Source: Piromyces finnis finn | Taxonomy: Eukaryota > Fungi > Neocallimastigomycota | Length of the DNA: 33,094 bases | Reading direction: 5' to 3' | Assembly (NCBI GenBank): GCA_002104945.1 | Contig: MCFH01000128.1 | Location: forward strand, 1-33,094 | In this document: positions 1-11,027 of the stretch, piece after piece | How positions within the stretch are numbered: position 1 is the first letter of the stretch | Layout: the number at the start of each line of letters is the position of its first letter | The notes under the pieces: model-generated | What the model was told of the DNA's origin: nothing | Database searches by the model: none | What the model saw: only the letters and a program-made list of their open reading frames with translations | Program-made: the position numbers and the translations under genes

Positions 1-840
1 TGATAATAGAAAATAAAATCTATATCCATTATTTTAATACTTTTTAACAGTCAAATTCATATACAATTTTCAAATTTTGAAACTGGATAACTTCCGTCAA
101 TTATTTATATTTGTTGTAAAACTTTATATCTTATGCTTAATTAAAATTATTCATTGTGGTATATTAGTTTTTCTTGATTCTTCATCGGTTTTTCATTATT
201 TATATGAAGGGATATAAATAATTTTCATATAGCATCAAATCAAGCAATTGGAAATTAATAGATATTGGTTAGGTAAAGAAAGTAATACATAGTGTGAATC
301 TAATTAGTATTTGATCACCTGAAAAATTAAAACATAGTAATAATTTTACAAATAATATTATCATAGGTATCAGGTATCTCTTTCATAGAACGTAATTTCT
401 ACTTTCTGTAATTTTTGTATGGATAGAAATAAAATAGTTACATTAGTAGTTTTTTACTACCTTTAAATGAATTGAAAATACTTAAATATAAAATATAAGC
501 CTCTCATGTAATAAGTATAATCTTTCTTATAAATTATATTATTTAATTTTATTTATATAAAAAATAAAAATTATTTTATTTATTTAATAACTTTACATTC
601 AAATTAATACATGTATTATAGATTTATATAAATTTGTTAACTTTAATTTATCACAATTAAAAATATAAAAATCTTTTCTAATTATATAGTAATTGAAAAT
701 ACAGAAACATTAAAGTTAATAAATTTATTATATTTAATTCTACTAATATAATAAAAAATTAAAAAAAAATAATTATATCATTAATTTATATAATTATATA
801 TTAAATACTAAGTAAATATATTATGTATATTATTCTATTT

Positions 841-1190
841 TTAATTGTCTTTGTTTATCCTTTCCACTACATGGTTTTTACATCTTTTATTTCTTATCAA
901 TTTAATATGCACTTCTTTAAGATAGTTTTCCATTTTGACATTATTTTGTTGAGATGCATATTTCCATAATGAAACTTTATTATTATCATCATCATAAATT
1001 TCAGTTTCGATATTCTTTAATCTATTGTTAATCATGATATTAATAATATTATAGCAGTCTAAGATTATAGAATACTTTAATAAATTACTTATAAATTTTC
1101 TTCTGTATAATCAATAAAAAGTTTTAAATAAGTTAATTTTGAATTTTCTTTTAATTTTTTAAACAATTTCTCAAATTCTTTAAACTATAA
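841..1190 (-). CDS. Probable C-terminal continuation of the ankyrin protein across two -1 frameshifts
   Basis: Adding one A near 1181-1183 and one T near 1093-1095 (minus-strand homopolymers) gives ...KMNIYSLKEFEKLFKKLKENSKLTYLKLFIDYTEENFISNLLKYSIILDCYNIINIMINNRLKNIETEIYDDDNNKVSLWKYASQQNNVKMENYLKE..., joining the 841..1035 ORF with ankyrin-like character. Confidence 0.55.
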
Positions 1191-4100
1191 ATATTCATTT
1201 TAGCTTTATTATCTATGAAACATTTCACAATATCTTCATTAATATTTTTTCTTGTTATGGCAAAATAAAATATAGAACATTTATTTTTGCCTTTTGAGCG
1301 AATAATATAATTAACATTAGCACCGTGTTTTATCAGTAATTTAAGTATTTCACAATTATTTTTAATTATAGCTTGAATTATTGGAATTTTTCCATTGACA
1401 TAATTGATATTACCTTTGAAATACCTTAGTATCAATTTAAGAATATTTATATTTTCAGTTTCTATTGCCATATTTAAAGCGGAACATATAGCTTTTCCAA
1501 TATTAATGTAATTTCTTCTTCCTTTTTTAATATATTTCAAAAACAATTTAGTATAATATACTAAATTTAGCTTTATTGAATAAAGTAAAGCGTTATCAAA
1601 ATCGTCAATTTTAAATTCTTTACTTAACAAGTAATGAACCATTTTTTCAGACTCTTCCTCCTTTTCAATCATCATTCCCATAACTAACGGATTTATATGA
1701 AACTTTAATTTATGAATATTAATATAATAATCTATACAATCTATGAAATCAAATTTATCATATAGATGGGATTGTCTGTTACAAATTATAATTTTAAATA
1801 ATTCTGTATTTGAATTGACATCCGAAAAATAATCTTTTAAATTTCTACTTCTACAACTTTTAAATATTTTATTTAATATCCCTTTTATATTAAAAAAAAT
1901 TATTCCAGTAATAATATTTTCAGATGAGATAAGATTAATAAATTTATCTGAATCAATACTGAGTAAATACAATATGGAATATTTATCCTCTTTCAATAAA
2001 GCATAATATAATATTAAATTTTTATATCTATCTATCATGTTTACATTATTTATATTTACATATTTTTTAATATCGAAATTCTCATTAAATAAATATGCTT
2101 TTATAATATCATTATCAAACATACAATCAATGGTATAAAGTGTTGAATTACTATTATTATTGTTTCTTTCATTATAATGATATCTTAGATGTCTATTATT
2201 ATTATTTAATTTTAATCTTTTATTTTCATTTTCATCATCAATAATAATTATTGTTTCTGTACTATTACGTTTATTCCTTTCTTCTATTGCTCTATTACTA
2301 TTTACGTCACTAAAACAGTTTTTCTCAGTATTTTGATATTCATTTTCATTTTCATCATCGTCAATAATTATTGTTTCTGTTCTATTACGTTTATTCCTTT
2401 CTTCTATTGCTCTATTACTATTTACGTCACTAAAACAGTTTTTCTCAGTATTTTGATATTCATTTACATTTTCTTCATCATCAATAATTATTATTGTTTC
2501 TGTTCTATTACGTTTATTCCTTTCTTCTATTGCTCTATTACTATTTACGTCACTAAAACAGTTTTTCTCAGTATTTTGATATTCATTTACATTTTCTTCA
2601 TCATCAATAATTATTATTGTTTCTGTTTTATCATGCTTATTCTCTTTTTCAAATATTCTATTATTATTCACACCACTAAAGCAGTTTTTCTCAGTATTTT
2701 GATATGTAATTTTACTATTTTTGTTAGATTCATTTAAATAGATATTTGAACTATTTTTACATATTTTATTTTTTTTTATTAAATAATCAAAAATTATTTT
2801 ATTTATAACATGATTATTATCCTCTAAAGATTTTTCTAGTATGGTTTTATTTTCGCGGTTTCTTAAATTTAAATCAGCGCCATAATCCAATAAAATTTTA
2901 AATAGACTATAATCTTGATTTAAATATTTTTCTTTAAATGAATTACAACCACAATGTCTGTAAGAAATAAATAATGGATATTCATCATAACCATTACAAT
3001 TACTATTGACATTAATTTGTTTATTAATTATTGGATGGAATAATAGACATTTAATCAATTCATGATTATTGTCTTTTATTCCATTAATAAATAAAAGACC
3101 AATATTCTTTTCTTTATAGTCATTTTTTATTTTCATATATATTTTATCATTATTTTTGTTGAACATTATATTTTTATAAATGGCTTCAAGGTCCTTAATT
3201 TCAATAATAATGTTTTCTTTATCATACTTTTTTGGTGTCGAAATACCTAGTGATAATTCATCTAAATTAATTTTTAATAAGGATCCTATCATCCTGATAT
3301 ATTTTTCTTTATTATCAACAAAAATATCATTTTCAATGGATTTTAAAATATATTTTAAATCTATGTACGATTTTTTAAAACTTTTATTTAAAAGAAATTT
3401 TGGAATAAGAATATTGATTATTTTTTCTTTATTATTATTATTTTTAATTAAAGATATTAATATTTCATTAATATCTATTTTATTAAAATTAAATGATTCA
3501 TTAATGAAAAATGTGTTGCTGAATATTTTAATTTCATTAACATTATTAAAATTATATTTTACACTATTCATTAATAAATCTTGAATATTTATATTATTAA
3601 TAATTTTTAATTTTTTTTGCTTATTTAAAACATTAATAAGCATTCTTAAAATATTAGTATATTTGTTATAATATACTGAATTTATAATATAATCAAATTT
3701 AACAGTATCATCTGGATATTCATTTGCAATTGTTTCAATAATATTTTCAAAATATTTATTATGTAAATGATTTTTATCCATTTTGTCAATAATTTTTAAT
3801 AATATAGTATCATAATTTATATAATAATTGCTATTATAAGAAAATAAAAAAAGTGATTTTAAAATACAATCTATAAATGAATATTTTTTATTTTCGGCAT
3901 AAAAAAGTAAAAGGTTATAAAAACTAATATTTTTAACAACATTTTCATTCATTTTTAAAAATTTTAATAACATTTCAATTATCCATATTTTAGATGAATT
4001 TGCTACATAGTATAATATGTTTTCAATAAATGAAATGTTATAATTTTCAAAATTATATTTTATAATATATTCTAATAAATTTAACTTATTTTCAACTCGA

Positions 4101-4981
4101 CGTGTATAAGATACATCGCCAATAATATATTTATATAATTTCAATTTATTTAATATTTTCATGATTTCACTTGAACTTTTTTTGTCATATTTTATTAATA
4201 TGCTAATAGTTGGGTAATCGTAAGAGTCAACTTTTTTGTCGATATCCTTATATTCACAATTAAATTTTTCATAATTAAAAGTACGGTTATAGATTTTTTC
4301 AGTAAGATTAATATCTGTTTTTTCACCGTATTTTAATTCATAAATTTGATTATTTGTTAAAGGAATCCTGTATTTAAAACAAGTTAAAAATTTAATGATA
4401 TAAATGAAATTTTTATCTTTTAATTTATAATTTAAAACACGCTTTAACATTTCTTCATTTTTGCTTTCAATCAACATTATAATAAAACTTTCAATATTTT
4501 TATCTAAGTTTTCATTATCAAAGTTTTCTAAAAATTTTAATATTTTAACTATATCAACTTTCTCAATATAATATTTTTGAATGAAGGATATCAAATTTAC
4601 CCCTTCGTTATTTACATAATTTGTATTAGCACCCATTCTCATTAAGGAATGTGCCAATAAAAATTGTTCTTTTATCATTGCATCAAATAATGGTATTTTA
4701 ACATCGCCATCTATTTTAAATGTATAGTTTAATTCTTTATAATCAAAATACCTGATAATGCATAAAATTATATTTTTTGTATTTTCACTTTCTTTTTCGA
4801 CAGTTCCTATAGCACAAGTAAGAACGTCAAACTTATTATCTTGGTTCAATTTCATTCTAAATTTATTATAATTACTTTCATTTAATCTTTTTTCAAATGC
4901 TTGAGTATCAGTATTATTGTCAATACAATATTTAATGAATTCTATTAATTCATCTATTTTTTCTTTTAACATAGCAGCCAT
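1151..4981 (-). CDS. Large ankyrin-repeat protein (1276 aa ORF; true C-terminus probably extends to ~841) with a central tandem repeat
   Basis: Uninterrupted 3.8-kb ORF in very AT-rich DNA. Ankyrin-type segments: IPLFDAMIKEQFLLAHSLMRMGANTNY, YPLFIS...LFKILLDYGADLNLRNRENKTILEKS, IPIIQAIIKNNCEILKLLIKHGANVNY. The N-terminal module resembles that of the 550-aa ankyrin proteins at 14.2 and 23.7 kb. Confidence 0.85.
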   Translation of the reverse strand: MAAMLKEKIDELIEFIKYCIDNNTDTQAFEKRLNESNYNKFRMKLNQDNKFDVLTCAIGTVEKESENTKNIILCIIRYFDYKELNYTFKIDGDVKIPLFDAMIKEQFLLAHSLMRMGANTNYVNNEGVNLISFIQKYYIEKVDIVKILKFLENFDNENLDKNIESFIIMLIESKNEEMLKRVLNYKLKDKNFIYIIKFLTCFKYRIPLTNNQIYELKYGEKTDINLTEKIYNRTFNYEKFNCEYKDIDKKVDSYDYPTISILIKYDKKSSSEIMKILNKLKLYKYIIGDVSYTRRVENKLNLLEYIIKYNFENYNISFIENILYYVANSSKIWIIEMLLKFLKMNENVVKNISFYNLLLFYAENKKYSFIDCILKSLFLFSYNSNYYINYDTILLKIIDKMDKNHLHNKYFENIIETIANEYPDDTVKFDYIINSVYYNKYTNILRMLINVLNKQKKLKIINNINIQDLLMNSVKYNFNNVNEIKIFSNTFFINESFNFNKIDINEILISLIKNNNNKEKIINILIPKFLLNKSFKKSYIDLKYILKSIENDIFVDNKEKYIRMIGSLLKINLDELSLGISTPKKYDKENIIIEIKDLEAIYKNIMFNKNNDKIYMKIKNDYKEKNIGLLFINGIKDNNHELIKCLLFHPIINKQINVNSNCNGYDEYPLFISYRHCGCNSFKEKYLNQDYSLFKILLDYGADLNLRNRENKTILEKSLEDNNHVINKIIFDYLIKKNKICKNSSNIYLNESNKNSKITYQNTEKNCFSGVNNNRIFEKENKHDKTETIIIIDDEENVNEYQNTEKNCFSDVNSNRAIEERNKRNRTETIIIIDDEENVNEYQNTEKNCFSDVNSNRAIEERNKRNRTETIIIDDDENENEYQNTEKNCFSDVNSNRAIEERNKRNSTETIIIIDDENENKRLKLNNNNRHLRYHYNERNNNNSNSTLYTIDCMFDNDIIKAYLFNENFDIKKYVNINNVNMIDRYKNLILYYALLKEDKYSILYLLSIDSDKFINLISSENIITGIIFFNIKGILNKIFKSCRSRNLKDYFSDVNSNTELFKIIICNRQSHLYDKFDFIDCIDYYINIHKLKFHINPLVMGMMIEKEEESEKMVHYLLSKEFKIDDFDNALLYSIKLNLVYYTKLFLKYIKKGRRNYINIGKAICSALNMAIETENINILKLILRYFKGNINYVNGKIPIIQAIIKNNCEILKLLIKHGANVNYIIRSKGKNKCSIFYFAITRKNINEDIVKCFIDNKAKMNIYSLKNLRNCLKN
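2221..2704 (-). repeat. Coding tandem repeat, 4 units (periods 123, 123, 120 bp)
   Basis: Unit YQNTEKNCFSDVNSNRAIEERNKRNRTETIIIIDDEENVNE; unit starts on the minus strand at 2704, 2581, 2458 and 2338. Units 2-4 are near-identical and unit 1 is diverged. Confidence 0.95.
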
Positions 4982-5689
4982 GTTTATTAATTTTTAATAA
5001 TATGGAAAGAGTATAGTGCTTTTTAAAAAGATATATAACAATATATTTATCAATAATGCTAAATTATTGTTCTAACCTCTATAATTATGTTAATTTTTTA
5101 TACTAAATAAAATAGGAAATTATATTATAATATATATGATAGGATTAGATTATTTCTTATTCTTATTATATAAATATAAAATAAAGAATATTAAGTTTTA
5201 ATATTTAATGTTACCATTTAACCTTTATTAAAAAATGGGAGAATCTTTACAATAAATTTACAATAAAGTTTTTATAAATTTTTAGAAATAAATATTAAAA
5301 AAAAATTAAATACATTAAAAATAAGTGAAAGATTTAAATTTTGACTTTTCAAAAAGTTTTAATAATTTACATGACTCTATAAAAATGATAATTGTAAATT
5401 ACAAAAATATTATTATCCATATGTTATGAAAAGTGATGTTTTTATCACAAATTTAAATCTTGGAGCTTGTTAATAATATAATTTAAATTATTTCTTAATA
5501 TTTTTATAAATATTTCATCTTTAAATAAAATAAAAGAACAGAAATACAAAAAAATATATACTTTCAATTAAACATTTACATTAATTATTATAAAAACAAA
5601 AAAAAATTATTAAGTTATAAAGAAAAAATTAAGTTAAAATCCATAGAAAATAGCATTTATTAATTTCCCTATTATTTATATTAAAATAT

Positions 5690-7490
5690 AGTATTTATTA
5701 AAAATATTTTTTCTGACTTTTTACCTGAAAAACTCCCAGTTTAAAATGTTTAAAAGAAGTAGAATTTTTTAAAAAAAGTCGTCAATGTTTAACTAAATTA
5801 TTAAAAATTGGAGTATATACTAAATATATTGATTTTTTATCTTATATTAAACTTTATCAGTATTATCTAAAAATAAAAATTAGAAACATAATTTTATTGA
5901 AGTATCTTGTCCAGTATCGTGAAATGTATCCGAAAGAAAGGTATATTGAAAGAGTAAAAACAAAAAATGTTGGATTATTATTAGAGAATGAAAATGATAC
6001 TACCCAATTGGAACATTATTTATATAAATTAATGATAAAGGAGTATTTATCCCGAAAAAAAAAAACATCCAATATAATAAATTAGTGGACAACAAAATTA
6101 ATAGTAATAATGATAACAATTATTTAATACTTTTTAATAATGACGAGTTTTTAAACTTTTTCGTTAAAGAGTATTTTAAATTTATTAGCTTACCAAGGAT
6201 AAATCATCAACTTTCGAAATTCCAATACAACAATAAAAAAATCAATTCTGATTTAAACAGTATTAAAAATATAAAAAACTCATATTTATCTCAAAAAAAA
6301 ATCAATATAAATCCTAGATTTTGGGAGAGGGTAAAAAAAATCGGATCAAAAAAAATTTTAAATTAATAAAATAATGGTTTTTATTTAGTTCTTAAATATT
6401 AATTCTAGAAAATTAAAAATTATATATCACATTGTTTTTTAGAATTATCTAATAAGTCCGTTCATACTTTATAATTAGCGCCATTACCATTACCAATTAC
6501 ATTCCACCTCATAAATGGCAGCAATTGAGTTATCCAATGAAATAACAATAATTCTTGAATAATTCGATTATGATTATTTAAATTCAAATGGAGATGCGAA
6601 TAATGACATTGAAAAGGATTTAGGTTTTGACACTGAAAGTATTAATCTAATTAATGGCGATAAATATGATAAATATATTAAAGGAAATAATAAATTATTC
6701 ATGAATTTAAAAAGATCTCATATACCTTGCTATGAAATATTTATAAATAATTTTGTTGATGTTAATGATTATACAGATTTATAAAGTAAAAAAGAATTCA
6801 ATGATAAAAATAATTTTTGAATTGAAAAAAAAATTGTATATTATGTATAAAATATTTACAAAAAAAAATTTAAATTATTCCTTTTTTTTATTACAGAGAA
6901 AATAAGACATTTATATTATGAAAGATATCTTGGTATATTTATTAACAAATCAATTATTATTACATATATTTTAAGAATTTTAAAAAGGATAAGAATAATA
7001 AAATGAGATTTATGAGGAAGCAATTAAATAAAGTAAATAAAGCTAACAAAATACAATCTTTAAATATATATTAAGTTTAAATAAGCTTTATTATGAATTT
7101 TTTAACATCAAACGAATAAATAATGAATGATTCGAAATAGACAATGAAAATAAATCTTATTTTTTATTGATATTAGGAATATACCTATTAAATTCCAATT
7201 ATTCTAATAATTATTTGTATAATTCAGTTGATAATTTCAATATTTGTAGGAATAAATATATGGTATATGATAATAAAATTGCTATTAACCTATGGTTAAA
7301 ATGGATTAATACTACTAGTTATTTGTAGATATATAATAAAGAATTTCATGAAAAAGAAAATGAAATAATAGAAAACACTAGAATTATAAATAATGTTTTA
7401 CAAATATATCTAAGAGATTTTTTCAACTGTGATAGTTATACAAATATCAATCAATTAATGTTACCATCTTTATTTTTATTATTTGAATTA
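5690..7490 (+). pseudogene. Decayed protein-coding gene of unknown function (weak resemblance to fungal PX-associated PXB/PXC proteins)
   Basis: Coding-like frames can be followed from ...SDFLPEKLPSLKCLKEVEFF... through the 5897 and 6085 ORFs (joined by a poly-A frameshift) to ...INLWLKWINTTSYL*IYNKEF..., with many in-frame TAA/TAG/TGA. The PXB resemblance (QLEHYLYKLMIKE...FLNFFVKEYF...RFWERVK) is from memory only. Confidence 0.45.
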
Positions 7491-8890
7491 CAATAATATA
7501 TGCAATATTTATCAATTTAAAATAAATCCAAAAATTATATAAAAAATGTATTATTTAAAATTATAATAATATATACATTATTAAATTAAAAAATTATATA
7601 TTTCTTCAAAAATTTAATTATATTTTAATGAACCTTTACATTATTTTTTTTACAGAAAAAGTATTATGTTTTTTTTTTATAATCATAATTGTGCTTTAAC
7701 TGAATTTGGTTGGTGTTATTTAATTATTAAAAAAAAAGGTATCTTTTAAAAAATATTTATTTTAATTGTTATTATATTATTATTACTTTAACCCTAATAT
7801 CAATGAACTTGGAATAATTTCAAATTTAGATGAGATTTTGTTCAATGAAGTCAATAAGAAAACTAATAAAAATAATACCTTTTTGTATATTTTTACTTTT
7901 TATACTAAATACATATATTTTCTTTATATATATATATATATATTTTCACCTTCCCTTTTATTTTTTTGTGTTATATCCATATAAGAAAGTTTAAATACAT
8001 AATCAATCAAACGAATGAATCTTTTTTAAAAAAAATTATATTATTATAATATATTCAAGATTATCAATAGAATCAATTAGAATATAACTACATTTCAACT
8101 CTAAATTATTAAAATAGCATACTCTTATTAATTTAAGATTAAAAAAAAAGTATCCATAAGTAATAGTGAATAACTAAAAGTATATATTGATTAAAAAAAG
8201 TTTAATAATAATATAACCCAAAAGAATGATGAATAGAAATAGATTTAACAGATGGATACATTTGAAACATATAACTTTGTATTATTCAGTGAGAAAATTG
8301 TTTTATATTAAATAATTATTGTAATATTGTTTAAGAATAAAAGTTTTTAGAAATATTATGTTTTTAAAGATGAAATATTATAAATTCATTATATAACTTA
8401 TCTAGTGAAATACTCTATATTTAATTAGAAAGTTTTATTCACTTGGTATAATTAATAATAAACAACTTTTTTATATTTGTAATCATATATAAATAAAATT
8501 TTTTATACTATTATATATAATGTTTTATATTTGTAATTTTTTTTTCATTTTGTTATAAAATTTTTTAATAAAATAAAAGACTTTTATATGTAATGTATAT
8601 GATTTTCTTATTTTAAAATCTTTAAATTAAAAAATTAAAGAAAAAAGTAAAGCTTAAATATCATTAAATACAACATCTAATAACAATAAGCTACTTTAAT
8701 ATGTATTTTTTCATAACAATAGACATTAAAAAATAATAAAAATGAAGAAACAAATAACAAACCCTTTTTAATATAATAATTAATATTATAAAATATATAG
8801 TAAATATATTCAATAATATTAGTATAAAACACAAATATTTAATCTCAAAATTAATAAAATTTTTAATAAATAATAATTATAATTAAAATA

Positions 8891-9096
8891 TGTTAGAATT
8901 TTAGGTTTTTTAATATACTTTATTATGGTAATTTATTAATATTTTATTACAAAGATTTAATTAACAATTATAAATTTGTATTTACACTAAAATTTATGGC
9001 TTATGCTATAATACATACATTATTATTATATTACATTATGTCAATTACATTTTACTAATGAATAAAGTTTATTATAAAATTTGAGATTTTCTAACA
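8891..9096 (-). repeat. 206-bp 3' LTR of the copia relic
   Basis: Begins TGTTAGAA (8891) and ends TTCTAACA (9096), a perfect 8-bp terminal inverted repeat; directly follows the PPT on the minus strand. Confidence 0.85.
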
Positions 9097-9106
9097 TTCC
9101 CCCTCA
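9097..9106 (-). other. Polypurine tract (PPT)
   Basis: The minus strand reads TGAGGGGGAA immediately 5' of the LTR's TGTTAG. Confidence 0.85.
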
Positions 9107-9294
9107 AACTTGATTTCATTTTGAAATTCAATATTTTAAAGTTTTGTTTTAAAATGAAATAAAATAAATAAAAAAATTTTTTTTTTTTTTTTAAATTTTA
9201 AAATTTTGTCAAATTATTATGAATATATAAGTATAATAATGCTTTATATAATATATTGCTTCACAAAGATTTTTACCTGTGAAATTATTGATTA

Positions 9295-9849
9295 TTACTT
9301 TGATGGTGTATGTGTATCCAAATAAACTGGTTTCAAAACATACGCGGGATTTGTGGTTAAATTGTTATTAGAATTAGATTTAAGTTTTGATATCTTACAT
9401 TTCAGATAGTAGCCATTACACTTCGCCTCGAACACAAGCTGTTTGTTTGAATCACTTTGGGAATAATTATTTTTGCTACAATCATGCGGATCTTGATTAA
9501 TTATTTTAATGTGATTTGGTTGTTGAATGGTATTTATAAATTTAATTCTGATGATACTATTAATATCTGGTTCGTGGTTACTTATCTCATTATTTTGGAT
9601 ATCAAATAAAGTTAAAAATACTTGATTGTTATGATTTTTTATTTGAGTGCTAATACCAGATTTCGTTAACTTTATCCCACTTATCAGGTTTTTATTGACG
9701 TCCTTTGAATATAGAACCTTATCTAAAACTATTTCAAAAATACATGATGATTTATTTGTAAAATTCATAATAATTTTTTCATCAATAAAATTTTTCAATA
9801 TTTCTTTATTATTTGTGATATGTTCACTTGCTCCTGTATCATAGGTAGG
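9295..9849 (-). pseudogene. Copia aspartic protease region
   Basis: DTGASEHITNNKEILKNF active-site segment. It is separated from gag by a 4-bp duplication (TAGG x2, 9842-9849); removing one copy restores a continuous gag-pol frame (...IWTYDTGA...). Confidence 0.8.
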
Positions 9850-11000
9850 TCCATATAGATGTTATGTAACCATCATTTTTATCATGTGACCTTGAATCAT
9901 TACTTGGACATATTTCTTCTGTATTTTCACCTGGAAAAACATTTTTAAGAGCTAGTTCGTCAAGTATATATTTCATGTGCTCAACCTTTAATTGGTCAGA
10001 ATGTATGTTTATGTAACATTCATTTTCAGGGTTAGAAATATTTGGATCATCCATTTTTTCATTACTCTTTATTTTACTTTCAATATTGTCAGCTGTAGGT
10101 CCGAACATTGTATTTAATTCTTCATAGCATGGTATACTATCTGTGGTTTCATTATTTTCAATGTTGGAACAATATTTATCTTCATTGGCTTCCCTTTTGT
10201 ATGAGAATGTTTTGTGGGCTTGTTTATTAGGATGTGTTTCATTTTTCTTTGTTCTTGTAGGTCGGCATGGATTGTAATGACAGTCCTTAACTGAATGTCC
10301 AGAAATGTTGCAAATTATACAATATTTATTATTTCTATGATGATATTTATTTATTCTTTTATCTTTTGTGTATTTCTTTTCTATATTATCTATATCCATA
10401 TAATCATCATGAAAGTCTCTATATTCATTGATGAATGGATTATTATAATGATTGTTTCCATTTCTAGCGTTTCTTGTGTTAAAAGAGTTATTATCTCTTT
10501 GTTGATTATCTTGTTTATGTTTAAAATTTGGGTTGTTATATTCCATCTGATAGCAAATAACAGTATATCTGTTTTTATGATTTCGTATAATGTTTCGGGT
10601 GTGTATTGAGAACTCATTAATATTTTATCCATGAGGATATTTGGTAGAGCGTTGTATATAATTGTTATTTTTTCCATGTTTGATTTGTTCATGCATGAGT
10701 TTTCGAGTAATTTAAATAACTCTATAATATCATTCATGATAATCATGATTTCCTTAAGGTTGGTGGCCTTGAGAGGTCCTAACCTTCTTGACCACTCTCC
10801 ATGGTTGGAGGAGTCACTAGCTTGTACAAGCTCTTGAGTTTCTCCATCTTCTCATATGCGGACTCACAGTTCATAATGTACCTTTTAACAGAGTCAGTAC
10901 AATTTGTAAAAATGATTATTCCTGCGAATGCTTCATTTGGTTCAAATTTGCTTGGTTTCTTGAATGTTTTGTAGTTACTCTTGATGTAACTCCTTTGCTA
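9850..11000 (-). pseudogene. Copia gag (capsid-like region + zinc knuckle), frameshifted
   Basis: ORFs 10390..10746 and 9839..10546 plus upstream frames join through frameshifts: ...KITIIYNALPNILMDKIL...TPETLYEIIK... then the CCHC knuckle. Confidence 0.8.
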
Positions 11001-11027
11001 TTCTCGTTTTTTTTTCTTGTTCCTTAA

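Larger units (their letters stand above)
8891..11025 (-). mobile_element. Ty1/copia LTR retrotransposon relic: gag + protease + PPT + 3' LTR; no recognisable IN/RT/RNase H; 5' LTR absent
   Basis: UBN2-type gag motif AGIIIFTNCTDSVKRYIMNCESAYEKMEKLKSLY; CCHC knuckle CIICNISGHSVKDC (10280-10321); protease W-T-Y-DTGASEHIT (DTG at 9832-9840) followed by LDKVLYSKDVNKNLISGIKLTKSG; PPT immediately before an LTR with TG...CA termini. Confidence 0.9.

Noticed and set aside
1-480. Slightly GC-richer, coding-like sequence on the minus strand
   Set aside because: Frames are broken and no motif was recognisable; possibly a relic, but it cannot be assigned.
2221-2704. CRISPR-like array
   Set aside because: No unique spacers; these are in-frame coding repeats in a eukaryotic gene.
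2333-3584. + strand ORFs at 2333..2737 and 3180..3584
   Set aside because: Antisense shadows of the ankyrin CDS.
5690-7490. Alternative genetic code (TAA/TAG = Gln) to explain the in-frame stops
   Set aside because: The 1276-aa and 550-aa ORFs have no internal TAA/TAG despite extreme AT content, and they end in TAA.
7766-7984. 72-aa + strand ORF
   Set aside because: TTG start, low complexity and (TA)n content; no support as a gene.
8886-8890. Target-site duplication for the copia element
   Set aside because: The other end of the element is missing, so no TSD pair can be identified.
9200-9290. Possible integrase trace (KNLCEAIYY)
   Set aside because: Too short and degenerate to assign.
9647-10837. 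+ strand ORFs at 9647, 10295 and 10631
   Set aside because: Antisense to the copia gag/protease.
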